This document shows positions 12,907 to 25,344 of a stretch of DNA of 45,310 bases, one piece after another. The notes beneath the pieces are model-generated. The model had not been told where the DNA came from. It ran no database searches and worked only from the letters and a program-made list of their open reading frames with translations. Position 1 is the first letter of the stretch; every line of letters starts with the position of its first letter. This DNA is from Octopus sinensis (taxonomy: Eukaryota), in assembly GCF_006345805.1 (NCBI RefSeq), contig NW_021832091.1, positions 1-45,310 on the forward strand, written 5' to 3'. Both the position numbers and the translations under genes were made by a program.

Positions 12907-13345
12907 TACGTGATCTGATCAATAAGTATCCGGACTGTTGCCATAGTAGCGAAGCGAAAGCATGCAGCGTAAAGTCGTTGGCACCTTAACCTCCGCTGTA
13001 CATACACACTAACTTTTCACATTCTTGCTCGCTTTTGCTGTTTACAGCAATGCTTGCAAGGAAGTTGTGTAGCGTGTGATCGTCGCATTGATTATGACAG
13101 AGACAGCTGAGCAGAGAATCTGCATCGAATTTTACCAAGATCTTGGTGATACCCGCTCAGAGGCTTACGCAAAGTTTTCAGAAAGTTTTTATCGTTCTCG
13201 GCAACAATAAAGGAGATCTTGTGCAACTGGAACCCGGTTGTCTTTTTGGTCAGCTGAAAGCAGTTTTAGCACAAACTTGGCAGACGCACGTCTCCCACGC
13301 AAATCTTTAGTGATAATGGACTGAACTGAACCGTAACTAATTTTC
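12907..13345. mobile_element. Tc1/mariner remnant, internally rearranged
   Basis: TIR-like tacgtgatctgatcaataagtatccggac. Plus-strand MTETAEQRICIEFYQDLGDTRSEAYAK (13094-13190); minus-strand SYGSVQSIITKDLRGRRASAKFVLKLLSADQKDNRV (about 13195-13340). Confidence 0.8.
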
Positions 13346-13381
13346 CTTTCTGATAAAGAGCGTAGGCTCGAAACGTAAAAG
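13346..13381 (+). ncRNA. Decayed hammerhead (G8A, C3-G8 pair broken)
   Basis: cttt CTGATAA a gagc gtag gctc GAAA cg TA aaag. Confidence 0.55.
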
Positions 13382-13417
13382 ATTTTCTCATTTTCACAAA
13401 GCACACGTTTAACTTAC

Positions 13418-13501
13418 TTTTTATTATCTTCGTCGTTTGTTTTCTCTGATTCTGTACTTTTCACCACGAAATCATGAATTTTCGTCTCTAAAGCCGAATT
13501 T
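13418..13501 (-). CDS. Coiled-coil protein, exon 13 (phase 2-2)
   Basis: ttctaattttctttgacag|AAAT...AAAA|gtaagt; 84 nt; NSALETKIHDFVVKSTESEKTNDEDNK(K). Confidence 0.85.
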
Positions 13502-14733
13502 CTGTCAAAGAAAATTAGAAATGGTTAGAACACATAGCTCTTAGATAAATATTACTAGAAATAGCTATTTTATTCTTTCAAAGAATTCTAATATAACAAC
13601 AATGCCTATTTCCATGAGGCCAAATTTTCTTTCTACACATTCGGGGTCAATAAAATCAGTAACAGTTGAATACTGGGGCCGATGTAATCGACTAACTCCC
13701 TCTCGTGAGATTGCTGGCCTTGTGCCAAAATTTGATACCAATATTACAACAATCCCCCAGATGTTTAAGTTTGTGATTTTTAATTAAATATATGAAATAA
13801 TTATTTGATCCTGTCTACTAAAGTCACAAGGCCTTAAATTTTGGAGGAGGAATTAAGTCGATTAAATCGACTCCAGTACTCAACTGGTACTTAAGTTATC
13901 GACCCCGAAAGGACAAAAGGCAAAGTAGACTTCGGTGGGGTTGAACTCAGAACGTAAAAACGGATGAAATATCGCTAATCGTTTTGACCGGTGTGCTAAC
14001 GATTCTGCAAGTTCGCTGCCTTAGAAGCAATTAATTAATGGTTAGTATTTTAAAGATCATGGAATAACGGTTCCTCATTTTGGAGTAAATTTTGAAAATT
14101 TAGAAGTGGCATTCGATACATTGAGCCCAGTATTCTACTGGTATTTATTTTATCGGCCGCCGGAAGGACGGAAGGCAAAACTGACGCTGGAGGAATCTGA
14201 AATTAGAAAGTATAGTACCGGAAGAAATGTCACTTAGCATTTTGTCCGACGCACAATTGATTCTCTACCCCCACCCCCGCTGCATTCAATGCACAGAGCA
14301 AGAAATTTAGAGGAGAGGGACTAAGTCAAGTACATCAATCACCAGGGTTCAAATAATCATAATTTTATCGGTCCCGAAAGGATGAAAGACAAAGTCGACC
14401 TTGGCGCAATTTGAAATGAAGTTTAGCCTTTTGCCCTCTGTGCTATCTCTCCGATTTGATTGATAAAATAATTCTGTCTACTGCAGGCACATAGCCAAAC
14501 ATTTTGAAGGGAAAGACTAAATTCAGCACATATTATGCTCATTTTATCGACCTCCACAAAAGGACGAAGTGTAAAGTTAACCTCAGCAGCATTTGAACTA
14601 GGAACGGTAAAGATTCTGAAGATTTGCCGCTTCATTGACTGTGAAAACATCCTTTCTTCAGACCCTGCCCCAGCATGGCCACTGAAGCAAGTAAATGAAA
14701 AATTACAAAATATATTTATGTAAGTTGGCGTAC

Positions 14734-14879
14734 CTTTCTTCTGGTGGATCAGATCCATTCTCAGAGTTCTGGATTTCATTGATGAGGTTCTTTAACTCAA
14801 CAGGAATTTTCATAGCGCTGAATATTACTTCGCGTTTGATTTTGTTCATTGCAAGGAGACTAAGGATTAATTTTACTTC
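14734..14879 (-). CDS. Coiled-coil protein, exon 12 (phase 0-2)
   Basis: tctcttcacttttag|GAAG...AAAG|gtacgc; 146 nt; EVKLILSLLAMNKIKREVIFSAMKIPVELKNLINEIQNSENGSDPPEE(R). Confidence 0.85.
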
Positions 14880-15305
14880 CTAAAAGTGAAGAGATATGTA
14901 TGTATGCATGTATGTAGATATATAGATAGATAAATGTAGATATAAATATATGCACATACATACAGACATATATACATACATATACATTCATCTTGTAATC
15001 ACTCGAAGAGACACATCTACACCGACGGATACTCCTAAACTAGTTGTTAAGTATCAGACCCATGAGGGATCGGTGCTAAATTAATAACCATTCTTGTATC
15101 TTCCATCTTCCGTCTCTCTCATTATATATATATATATATATATAGATAAGAAAGTTGGTTTGTGAAAGCACGTGGTTGAATATATAGAAAATAGTAAAAA
15201 GTGAAAAAACTACAGAAGGCTTAAATGTTAAAAAATATATATTTGCGTCAATATGTCTGAGGAATATTAAAAATTTTTTTTTTCTCTTATAATGACATAA
15301 TTTTG

Positions 15306-15344
15306 AAGAAAGACCGGTTTCGCATTTAGCTTTTCAAATTTCTT
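15306..15344 (-). ncRNA. Hammerhead-like motif (U3-A8 variant)
   Basis: aagaaa t TTGAAAA gc taaat gc GAAA ccgg TC tttctt; 6-bp stem I, only a 2-bp stem II, one extra T. Confidence 0.5.
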
Positions 15345-15731
15345 ACGACGTTAAGTTTATCGTTATGTTTAAACATATGTTTAAACGTTATGTTTAAACG
15401 TTATGTTTAAACACATAAGATTGATGTGAAAGTTCTTTTTTTGTTATAACTGGACGTAAAAACAAACATTAATATGTACGCCCGTATATATATGTGTGTG
15501 TGTATGTGTGTGTATTCATATCTTTATGTATATAAGCATGCATCTATACAAGTGTATATACATGTAATCGAAAGAAAGTGGCACTCAAGATTTCTGGTAG
15601 AAATTACATTTATTATCTAATAACAATTATGTTCAACTTCATACCACTTAAAGTTTCGTAAGCTCTTATGAAGAACTTATCACATACTATTATCTACAAA
15701 AGAGTCATATTTATTTATATATCTACAGACC

Positions 15732-15785
<54 letters not shown>

Positions 15786-15816
15786 TGTATGTATGTATAC
15801 TTACATATGTTTGTAA

Positions 15817-15850
<34 letters not shown>

Positions 15851-15879
15851 CTATATATATACATTAACGTGTGTGAGTG

Positions 15880-15911
<32 letters not shown>

Positions 15912-16126
15912 GATAGATAGAGAAATAGATAGATAGATACATACATAGATACATACATACATACATACATACATACATACATACATAGAAGAGTGTGCCT
16001 GTGTTTTTATTGCTCTTTGGTTTCATGAAACACTGGATTTATGTCTACAACCATCCCATCAAACTTGAACATTCCAATTAGTTGAGATAGAAATATGAAC
16101 ACACACACGCACGCACACACACAAGC

Positions 16127-16167
<41 letters not shown>

Positions 16168-16184
16168 ATATGTATGTATGTATG

Positions 16185-16215
<31 letters not shown>

Positions 16216-16425
16216 ACGATGGCTTCTTTCAGTGTTCGTCTACCAAATCCACTCATAAAGCTTTGGTCACTCCGAGACTATAGTAGAAGACACTTGCCCA
16301 AGGTGACTCGCAGTGGGACTGAACCCGGAACCCTGTGGTTGAGAAGCAAGTTTCTTATCACAAAGCCACGCCTGCGCCTATATTCACACACACACATACA
16401 CACACACACAAACACACACATATAT

Positions 16426-16635
16426 AAAGTTAATCCAAACATGAAATCACAAAGAGAAAACACAAGAACACGAGGCCGTGGAACAAATATAGTATTATTG
16501 GACGATCAGGAAGGAAGGGAAGAAGGAGGGTCTTACGTTTCGAGCGGAGCTCTTCGTCAGAAAGATAGGAAAAGGAAAGATCCAGAGAAGAGAAGACGGA
16601 GGAAAAAACATCGCCAATGGTACACACGCGGTCGC
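16426..16635 (-). mobile_element. Short non-coding hammerhead-bearing repeat (PLE-end-like)
   Basis: Second copy of the 10375-10585 family. Confidence 0.7.
16531..16563 (-). ncRNA. Minimal hammerhead ribozyme with extra A after A9
   Basis: ttt CTGACGA a gagc tcc gctc GAAA cg TA aga; intact core, weak 3-bp stem I; same family as 10478-10509, 13346-13381 and 32025-32060. Confidence 0.68.
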
Positions 16636-16711
16636 GTGTTTTTGACATGTAAATATGTTACAATATACATGATTTTCAAATAAATACATACATACATACA
16701 CATATATATAT

Positions 16712-16761
<50 letters not shown>

Positions 16762-16786
16762 ATCTATTATGACAAACAGATATTAC

Positions 16787-16874
16787 GTTCTTCTGTAAGT
16801 CTGTTTGTATCTTAATATCAGACTGCTGACTGAGTTCTTCTATATTCTGCTTCAATTGAACATTCATCTGATTT
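16787..16874 (-). CDS. Coiled-coil protein, exon 11 (phase 2-0)
   Basis: atttatcttacag|AAAT...GAAC|gtaata; 88 nt; NQMNVQLKQNIEELSQQSDIKIQTDLQKN. Confidence 0.86.
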
Positions 16875-16954
16875 CTGTAAGATAAATATTTATGTATATT
16901 ACATATTCACTACAGATTCTTACATATATAACACAATACGTATTTAGCTATATA

Positions 16955-17028
<74 letters not shown>

Positions 17029-17050
17029 ACCACACACACACAAATTGTTT

Positions 17051-17266
17051 AATTATAGCGTAATATAATTAGGGCTTAGCAAAATATGCTTCACCACACA
17101 CCGAAATTTAGAAATAGCAGTTAAATACTATTCTACTACCATAAGATATGTCCTCTGTCTGGGAGATATCTTATTGTAGTAGAATAGTATTTTAACTGCT
17201 ATTTCTAAATTTCGGTGTGTGGTGAAGTAGTTTTTCTAAGTCCTAATTATAATTATGCTTATAATT
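17051..17266. repeat. Inverted repeat (about 100-bp arms, 16-nt spacer)
   Basis: cttcaccacacaccgaaatttagaaatagcag / ctgctatttctaaatttcggtgtgtggtgaag. Confidence 0.93.
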
Positions 17267-17393
17267 ATAATAATTTTTGCATAAGATTACCGATAAAGGT
17301 TCTTTTAACATACTGAACTACTTTGGTAAGATTATTAATTATAAACTGAAAAATTAATTTCACCCTTTATTACTATTGACATATATATATATA

Positions 17394-17688
17394 TAAGGCT
17401 TCTAAATAGGAAAGCGTTGTGCTAGAAAGAGCAGTAGAAATCTCAAAACCACAAGAAAAAGGATAAATTCTCGAAAGGAATGAAAATTAAGAACGTTTAC
17501 CATCTCAACTATTTACCAGGCCATGGCTTCTAACTATTTCCAGCAAAAAAATATTCGCTGAAGGCCAATTGTTGAGATGGTAAACGTTTTAAATTTTCAT
17601 TCCTTTCGAAAATTAATCCTTTTTCTTGTGGTTTTAAGATTTCTACTGCTCTTTCTAGCACAAGGCTTTCCTATATGGAAGCCTCTTA
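17394..17688. repeat. Inverted repeat (about 110-bp arms, about 70-nt spacer)
   Basis: gctagaaagagcagtagaaatct / agatttctactgctctttctagc; the sequence continuing past the right arm (17675-17775) recurs at 19260-19362. Confidence 0.9.
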
Positions 17689-17862
17689 TTGTATTTCTAT
17701 ATGAATAATATATAGTCTAATGACTAATTCGTTTTTTGTGCTAGGCCACTGGTAATAATAATTTGTTATTGCCATATGTATTATGTTTATATATATATAT
17801 ATACACGCACACACACACACATAAATCATCAACGTCACCAGCAGCACCTGTAGCACCAGCAC

Positions 17863-17895
<33 letters not shown>

Positions 17896-17989
17896 TTTAA
17901 TGTCTGTTTTCTAAATTTGCATGGACCAGCGGAGATCCTGTTCGGGAGAGGCTCCGATGGCCGGACAATCTTCTTTTTGTAAATCACCC

Positions 17990-18610
<621 letters not shown>

Positions 18611-18638
18611 AAGGAAAAGGAAAACATCGAAATCTTAC

Positions 18639-18808
18639 ATGAAGCGTTCTCGTTCTAGAATATGTTTGTTCATCAAAACTACTTTCTTAATAATTGCTGC
18701 TGTTTTATTCGGGGCTTTGCATAAAACATCTCGAATTTCCTTTTCATGTTTTTCAGTTAATGTTGTTTCTCTCTGAAGCTTCCTCACTTCAAGTTTCTTC
18801 GTTAGTTC
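18639..18808 (-). CDS. Coiled-coil protein, exon 10 (phase 0-2)
   Basis: atttactcgtag|GAAC...TCAT|gtaaga; 170 nt; ELTKKLEVRKLQRETTLTEKHEKEIRDVLCKAPNKTAAIIKKVVLMNKHILERERF(I). Confidence 0.9.
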
Positions 18809-19373
18809 CTACGAGTAAATAAGGTACTTACAGGCGGAGGTATCAATTCTTGGTGTGTGTGTGTGTGTTTGTGCGTGAAATGGAACAATGGGGCTTTTTC
18901 ATACATCGGGGTTTCAGACCCCCGTGCTCTTTAAATGCCACTTAAGAAACACAGATACATACATACATACATACATACATACATACATACATACATACAT
19001 ACATACATACATGCATATATACACATATTTGTAAATGTATCCATAGATGCAAATATGTATATACGGATATGCATATATATAATATATATATATATTATAT
19101 ATATTTATATTTATATATACACATGTATATATGCATTATTCTTGTATGTATGTGTGTGTTTATATATGTATATATGTTTATATATACATACATATCTATA
19201 TATATACTTACATATAATATATATATATATTATATTATATATATATACATACATATATATATAGGAGCCCTTAATTATATTTCTACATGAATAATATTTT
19301 GTCTAATGACTAATTCGTCTTTTGTGCTGGGCCACTGGTAGTAATCCATATTATTACCCTTTTAATTATATTT

Positions 19374-19437
<64 letters not shown>

Positions 19438-19500
19438 ATAAAAATGGTAAGACAACAAAAGAAGAAAGTGACCTCGATATAATGTAAATAGAGAAAATTA

Positions 19501-19714
19501 ATCTGTAAATATAATATGTGACAATTATTCGGTAGCCATGATAAAACTCCGAGTTTCGGATGCTGAGATGGAAATCCATGCCGCCATCTCTTCAGTTATC
19601 CGACCATCAGAAAAATGGTATAATAATAAAAAAAGGTGGATTTCCACCTCGGCATCCGAAACTCGAAGTTTTATCATGGCAACCGAATAATTGTCACATA
19701 TTACATTTGCAGAT
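19501..19714. repeat. Inverted repeat (about 75-bp arms, about 60-nt spacer)
   Basis: atgtgacaattattcggtagccatgataaaact / agttttatcatggcaaccgaataattgtcacat. Confidence 0.92.
19540..19600 (-). ncRNA. Minimal hammerhead ribozyme (left arm of inverted repeat)
   Basis: gataa CTGAAGA gatg...catc-c GAAA ctcggag TT ttatc; 5-bp stem I, GUU site. Confidence 0.62.
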
Positions 19715-20027
19715 ATATATATATATATACACACAAACATATATATATATACACACACACACCAACACACATACACATACACAACCACACACACACATAT
19801 ATATATATTATATATATATTATATATATTATATATATATATATATATACAGAAACATATGCACACATACATATATATATACACGATGGGATTCTTTGAGT
19901 TTCCGTCTACCAAAACCACTTACAAGGCTTTGGTCGGCCTGAGGCTATAGTAGAAGACACTTGCCCAAGGTGCCACTCAGTGGGATTGAAGTCAGAACCA
20001 TGTGGTTACTTACCACACAGCCAACCT

Positions 20028-20100
<73 letters not shown>

Positions 20101-20375
20101 ATTTAGGGTATCTAAGAGATACCGACACGCTGGAAGTAGCAGCCAAAAATTAACTCTAAAACCACATTAAATGTTCTTACAGCACTGGGAGAGAAGACAA
20201 AAGGACAAGATGAACTAGCAAAAAATCCGGTATCTGGAATTATCGAGTAAATTTTTGCTAGTCCATCTTGTCCTTTTTTCTTCTCTCCTGGGGCTGTATG
20301 AACATCTAATATGGTTTTAGAGTCAAGTTTTGGCTGCTATTTCCAGCGGGGAGATATCTCTTAAATACCCTAAGT
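20101..20375. repeat. Inverted repeat (about 125-bp arms, about 24-nt spacer)
   Basis: aaaggacaagatgaactagcaaaaa / tttttgctagtccatcttgtccttt. Confidence 0.9.
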
Positions 20376-21247
20376 TATAATTTTAATAATAATTATTACC
20401 TTTGAATATTTTTATTCCTATTCTGGGCTCTTGATAAGGTCGATAATTAAATTAACGATCTTATCCTCATTTGTATAAATTTATATTTATTTCATTATAT
20501 TTATTGCGGTTGATATTTTGACCATATCGCACGAGGAGTCATAGGCGCGAATTTAAACTCATGTGCATACGTGCATATATATGTATGTATACGTTCGTAT
20601 ATGTAAGTATTCGTATGTTATATGTATATATATATGTGTATATGTATCTCTCTCTCGCTCTCGCTCTCTCTCTATCTCTCTCTCTCTCTCTCTGTGTATG
20701 TGTATCTCTCTGTCTTTATGTTTGTGTTTGTCCCTGACCCAGTGTATCTCATGGCAACCGGTATCATTTTTGTTTAGGTCCCTGTAACAGCAGTTTGGAA
20801 AATGGGGCCGGTAGAACAGATAGCGGGCTTGAATTGGGAATGACGTACTGGTATCGATTTATTAGACTAAACCCCTTCAAGCCGGCGCTCCAAAACAGCC
20901 GCAGTCCATTGACTGAAACAAGTAAAAGACGCTAAACAAAAAGCAAGAACTAAGACATTATTTTCTTTACAAATTCACAAACATTTGTTTATTAATTCTT
21001 AGTTTAAAATGTCAACATTAATTGATCCTTAAAATATTTCTTAAATAATGAAATATGTCAGATGTTTCTCCTCATTCCTAGAGATATAGTAATCTCAAAT
21101 ATTTGTAATTGGTATCATGTTTAATATTTACGCTTGTATTACATACTTCTGGTTCTCCAAATTGGCAGAATTAGTGACGACATATCCAAGGAGATCGTCA
21201 GAAGATGAGCACATGACTCGAGCAGACACAAACGAATCTATCCTATC

Positions 21248-21338
<91 letters not shown>

Positions 21339-21358
21339 CCTATATATAATATATGTAC

Positions 21359-21390
<32 letters not shown>

Positions 21391-21553
21391 TATATTATAT
21401 ATATCAATATACATACATATATATATGTATGTATATAGATATATCTATGTATATATATATATATATACGTATCTATCTATTTTCCATGTACCTTTATATA
21501 TGTATATATATGTATGCATGTATGTATATGGCATGTATGCATATATGTGTGTA

Positions 21554-21615
<62 letters not shown>

Positions 21616-21788
21616 ATTTATATATATGTGTGTGTGCGTGTGTGTGTATGTATGAATATATGTATGTACTTATATGTGTGTATGTATGTATATATATGCA
21701 TGTATGCATATATATGTGTGTTTGCGTATGTATATTTATATATATATATGTATATAGTTATATATATATGTGTGTGTATGTATATATG

Positions 21789-21823
<35 letters not shown>

Positions 21824-22404
21824 ACTGGGTTGTCAAAGAAATTTGCTCTTACCATTTTGTTTCCATTTAATTTAATCCTTTCCAGTCTTTTGAATTAGCA
21901 CAAAAAATATTTTTAATGTAGGTGGTTTTTTTTGTAGTTTTATATTTCCCCTACAGACTTTTGTTTATGCTTTTTTATGTATTTATTTTTCTTTGCTTGT
22001 ATCTTTAGTAATTTGAATAACTTTTACCGCTTTTCAGATATATGACGACGAATTAGGAAAACAAATGTAACTGACAACCCAATATGTGAATAAGTGTGCG
22101 TGCGTGTGTGAGAATCAGTGTGAGTGTGTGTGTGTGTGTGTTGGGTGTTTCTCACTGTTTGTCTCTGTGTGTATTTTCAAGTATATCTTTCACTATGTCT
22201 TTATGTAATAAATAAAGTGTTTATTACTGTTAATTGCTCTGTGTTAAAATAATATAACATTGATATAGAAGGTGAACCGAATGTCTTGGACCAATAAGTT
22301 CAATATTCTCTGGAATTGTCAACCACATCGACATGATTCAATTTTACTAAAATTGGATAAAATAAATTCAATAATGACGAATGCTTATCTACTTGAATAT
22401 ACTC

Positions 22405-22806
22405 TTTTACTCTTTCACTTGTTTTAGTCATTTCACTGTGGCCATGCTGGAACAACACCTTTAGTCGAACAAATCGACCCCAGGACTTATTATTTGTAAG
22501 CCTAGTGCTTATTCTATCGGTCTCTTTTGCCGAATCGCTAAGTTACGGGGACGTAAACAGACCAACATCGGTTGTCAAGCAATGCTAGGGGGAAAAAACA
22601 GACACGCAAACATATACATATATATATATATATATATATGCATATACATATTCGACAGGCTTCTTCCAGTTTCCGTCCACCAAATCCACTCACAAGGCTT
22701 TGGTCAGCCGAGGCTATAATAGAAGACACTTTCCCAAGGTGCCACGCAGTGGGACTGAACCCGGGACCATGTGGTTGGTAAGTAAGCTACTTACCACACA
22801 GCCACA
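22405..22806 (-). mobile_element. SINE family A, near full length
   Basis: Reverse-complement match to 3964-4375. Confidence 0.85.
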
Positions 22807-23098
22807 GGGTTTCAATTTTGACACCTGGTCAGCAAGTAAGTGAGACTGGATAAGTCGGTTAGATTGATCTTGATGTTCAATCGGCACTTATTTTATCGAC
22901 CCCGAAAGGATGAAATGCAAAGACGACCTGCACGGAATTTGAACTCAGAAAGTAATGACAGACGAAATGCCGCAAAGCATTTTGCACGGCGTCGTAACGA
23001 TTCTGCCAGCTCGCCACCTTAAAATGAATAATAAATTCAGACGAGAAGGTAAGCCGATTACAACAATCCCAGTGTTCAATTGGTGCATATTTCATCGG

Positions 23099-23482
23099 TG
23101 GAGTCGTAATGGCCCAGTGGTTAGGGCAGCGGACTCGCGGTCATAGGATCGCGGTTTCGATTCCCAGACCGGGCGTTGTGAGTATTTATTGAGCGAAAAC
23201 ACCTAAAAGCTCCACGAGGCTCCGGCAGGGGATGGTGGTGATCCCTGCTGTACTCTTTCACCACTCTTTCTCTCACTCTTACTTCCTGGTTCTGTTGTAC
23301 CTGTATTTCAAAGGGCCGGCCTTATCACTCTCTGTGTCACGCTGAATATCCCCGAGAACTACGTTAAGGGTACATGTGTCTGTGGAGTGCTCAGCCACTT
23401 ACACGTTAATTTCACGAGCAGGCTGTTCCGTTGATTCGGGTCAACCGGAACCCTCGTCGTCGTAACCGACGGAGTGCTTCCC
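23099..23482 (+). mobile_element. tRNA-derived SINE family B, near full length; partial copies at 2778-2935 and 24310-24490
   Basis: tggcccagtggttagggcagcggact...gtttcgattccc (A/B boxes); shared gagcgaaaacacctaaagctccacga block. Confidence 0.82.
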
Positions 23483-24773
23483 CATTTCATCGATCCCGAA
23501 AGAATGAAAAGCAAAGCTGACCTTGGCGAATTTTGTACTCAGAATATAAAAACGGACGAAATGCTGTTAAGCATTTTACCCGGGTGCTAACGATTCTGTC
23601 AGCTCGCCGCCTTTAAAACTATTATATATCCTTTTCTACTCTAGGTAGAAGGTCCGAAATTTTGGAGGATGGGGCCAGTCGATTAGATGGACGCTAGTAT
23701 GTATGAACAGCAAAGTCGACCTCGGCGGAATTTGAACTAAAATCATAAAAGACAAACGAAATACCACTAAGCCTTTTGCCCAGCGTGCTAACGATTTTGC
23801 TAGCTCCTCGCCCTAGTAGTAAGATTAATATTGAAACAGAAACATATTCTATGAGTCGAGTCTTATACCCACCTTGATTTTAATTTCTTTCTCTCTTTCC
23901 CTCTCTGGTTGTCTCCTTTCCTAGAAGAAATCTATATTTTTCTCGTTTCAGTCATTGGACTGCGTTCATACTGGGTCACTTCCTTGAAATGTTTTAGTCA
24001 AACAGCTCACCTGCCCACCCACTATTCATATGAAAATCTGATACGTATTCTGTCTGTCCCTTGGAGCTCCGCAGGGACTCATGTAATCTCCCTTAGCGTA
24101 ATCCAACACGGAGAAGGATTACCAACGTGAAAATATTGCCGCATCCATACATATATACGTACATACACACACACATATATACATGTACATGTATACGCTA
24201 AGTTGCAGGGACGTAGTCAAACCAACACGGTTGCCAAACAGCGGAGAAACAAACATATACACACAGTCACAAACACAAAACACACACATAACCCGACGAG
24301 CATCCGCGGAGGCACAATGGCCCATTGGTTAGGGCAGCGGACTTTCGGTCGGAGGATTGCGGTTTCGATTCCCAGATCGGGCGTTGTGTGTGTTTATTGA
24401 GCGAAAACACCTAAAGCTCCACGATGCTCCGGCAGGGGGGGGGTGACCCCTCTTGTACACTTTCGCTCCAACTTTCTCTCACTCTTCCTTCCCGTTTCTT
24501 CCTACGCAACCATCCGTCCGTCGATGCTCTCGGTGTCGGGGGTTGACCTGCTTTCTCTTCTGCGGGTCTTACGAATATCAAAGGACCACGTTTCGGACTT
24601 CTCCCATCTTGTCAACTCTGAGACGAAGACCGTTCGTTCAACAGCAGCAGCAACAGTGAGCATTCGCAAAGGTTATACCAACCAAGTTCATCCACAATTC
24701 ATTTGTCGACCAGGAGTCAATATTAAACGACAGGTGTTCACACGCTTTAAATTTTATATAAAATACAAAATAC

Positions 24774-24827
24774 CTCGTCAAATTTCTTTTTCTTTTCTTC
24801 AGATTGTTGTTGCAGTATTTGCTGTTT
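24774..24827 (-). CDS. Coiled-coil protein, exon 9 (phase 0-0)
   Basis: atatttatttcag|AAAC...CGAG|gtattt; 54 nt; KQQILQQQSEEKKKKFDE. Joining exons 8-9-10 directly aligns without gaps to the repeat in exons 4-5. Confidence 0.82.
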
Positions 24828-25281
24828 CTGAAATAAATATGAATTAATTAAAAAAACACATTAGCAGATGAAACTAATTATCATTTACAAATTCATAGAT
24901 TGGAAATCACTCGTCCAAACTGTTACGTAAAGATTCTCTAGTTTTGTCTCGGAGTTTCACAGAGCTGAATGCTGGAATTGGAATATCAAAATGTAAGTTA
25001 TCTGAATCGGCTTGTGAATTTTATTCGTAGTTAAAATCTGAAACATAAACTACCATAAGAACTCCTTCATAAGGTAGAAATCTCTGGAAACAGTTAATCT
25101 GTACGCGGGAATTTTCCTCTTCCTCTTCTCTAATATTTTATGGCAAAAAGGAAAAAAGCAACAAAAGAAAATAATACATTCTATGCATGTCGTCTAAACT
25201 GTGAATATTTTCCATCTATAAGAAACGTTTGGTCTCGTTAAATGTTTAATTTATTTTGATTCATTTGGCTCGGGTTCTGTC

Positions 25282-25320
25282 ATGCTGATGATTTCAAATA
25301 AGGATGAAATAGCGATATAT
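25282..25320 (+). ncRNA. Decayed hammerhead-like motif
   Basis: atg CTGATGA tttc aaataa ggat GAAA tagcga TA tat, followed by (TA)n, just upstream of the Penelope copy. Confidence 0.35.
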
Positions 25321-25344
25321 ATATATATATATATATAATTTTAT

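Noticed and set aside
14600-14681. Acceptor 52 nt downstream of the exon 12 donor; a similar 52-nt spacing occurs after exon 8 (33203-33254)
   Set aside because: Introns would be very short, the downstream sequence is SINE-like or lacks a good donor, and neither is needed for phase
15361-15412. Four short gttatgtttaaac-type repeats
   Set aside because: Local tandem slippage with no spacers; not CRISPR-like, and no CRISPR or cas features occur anywhere in the window
23099-23175. tRNA-like sequence with A and B boxes
   Set aside because: It is the head of a SINE with further copies at 2778 and 24310, not a tRNA gene
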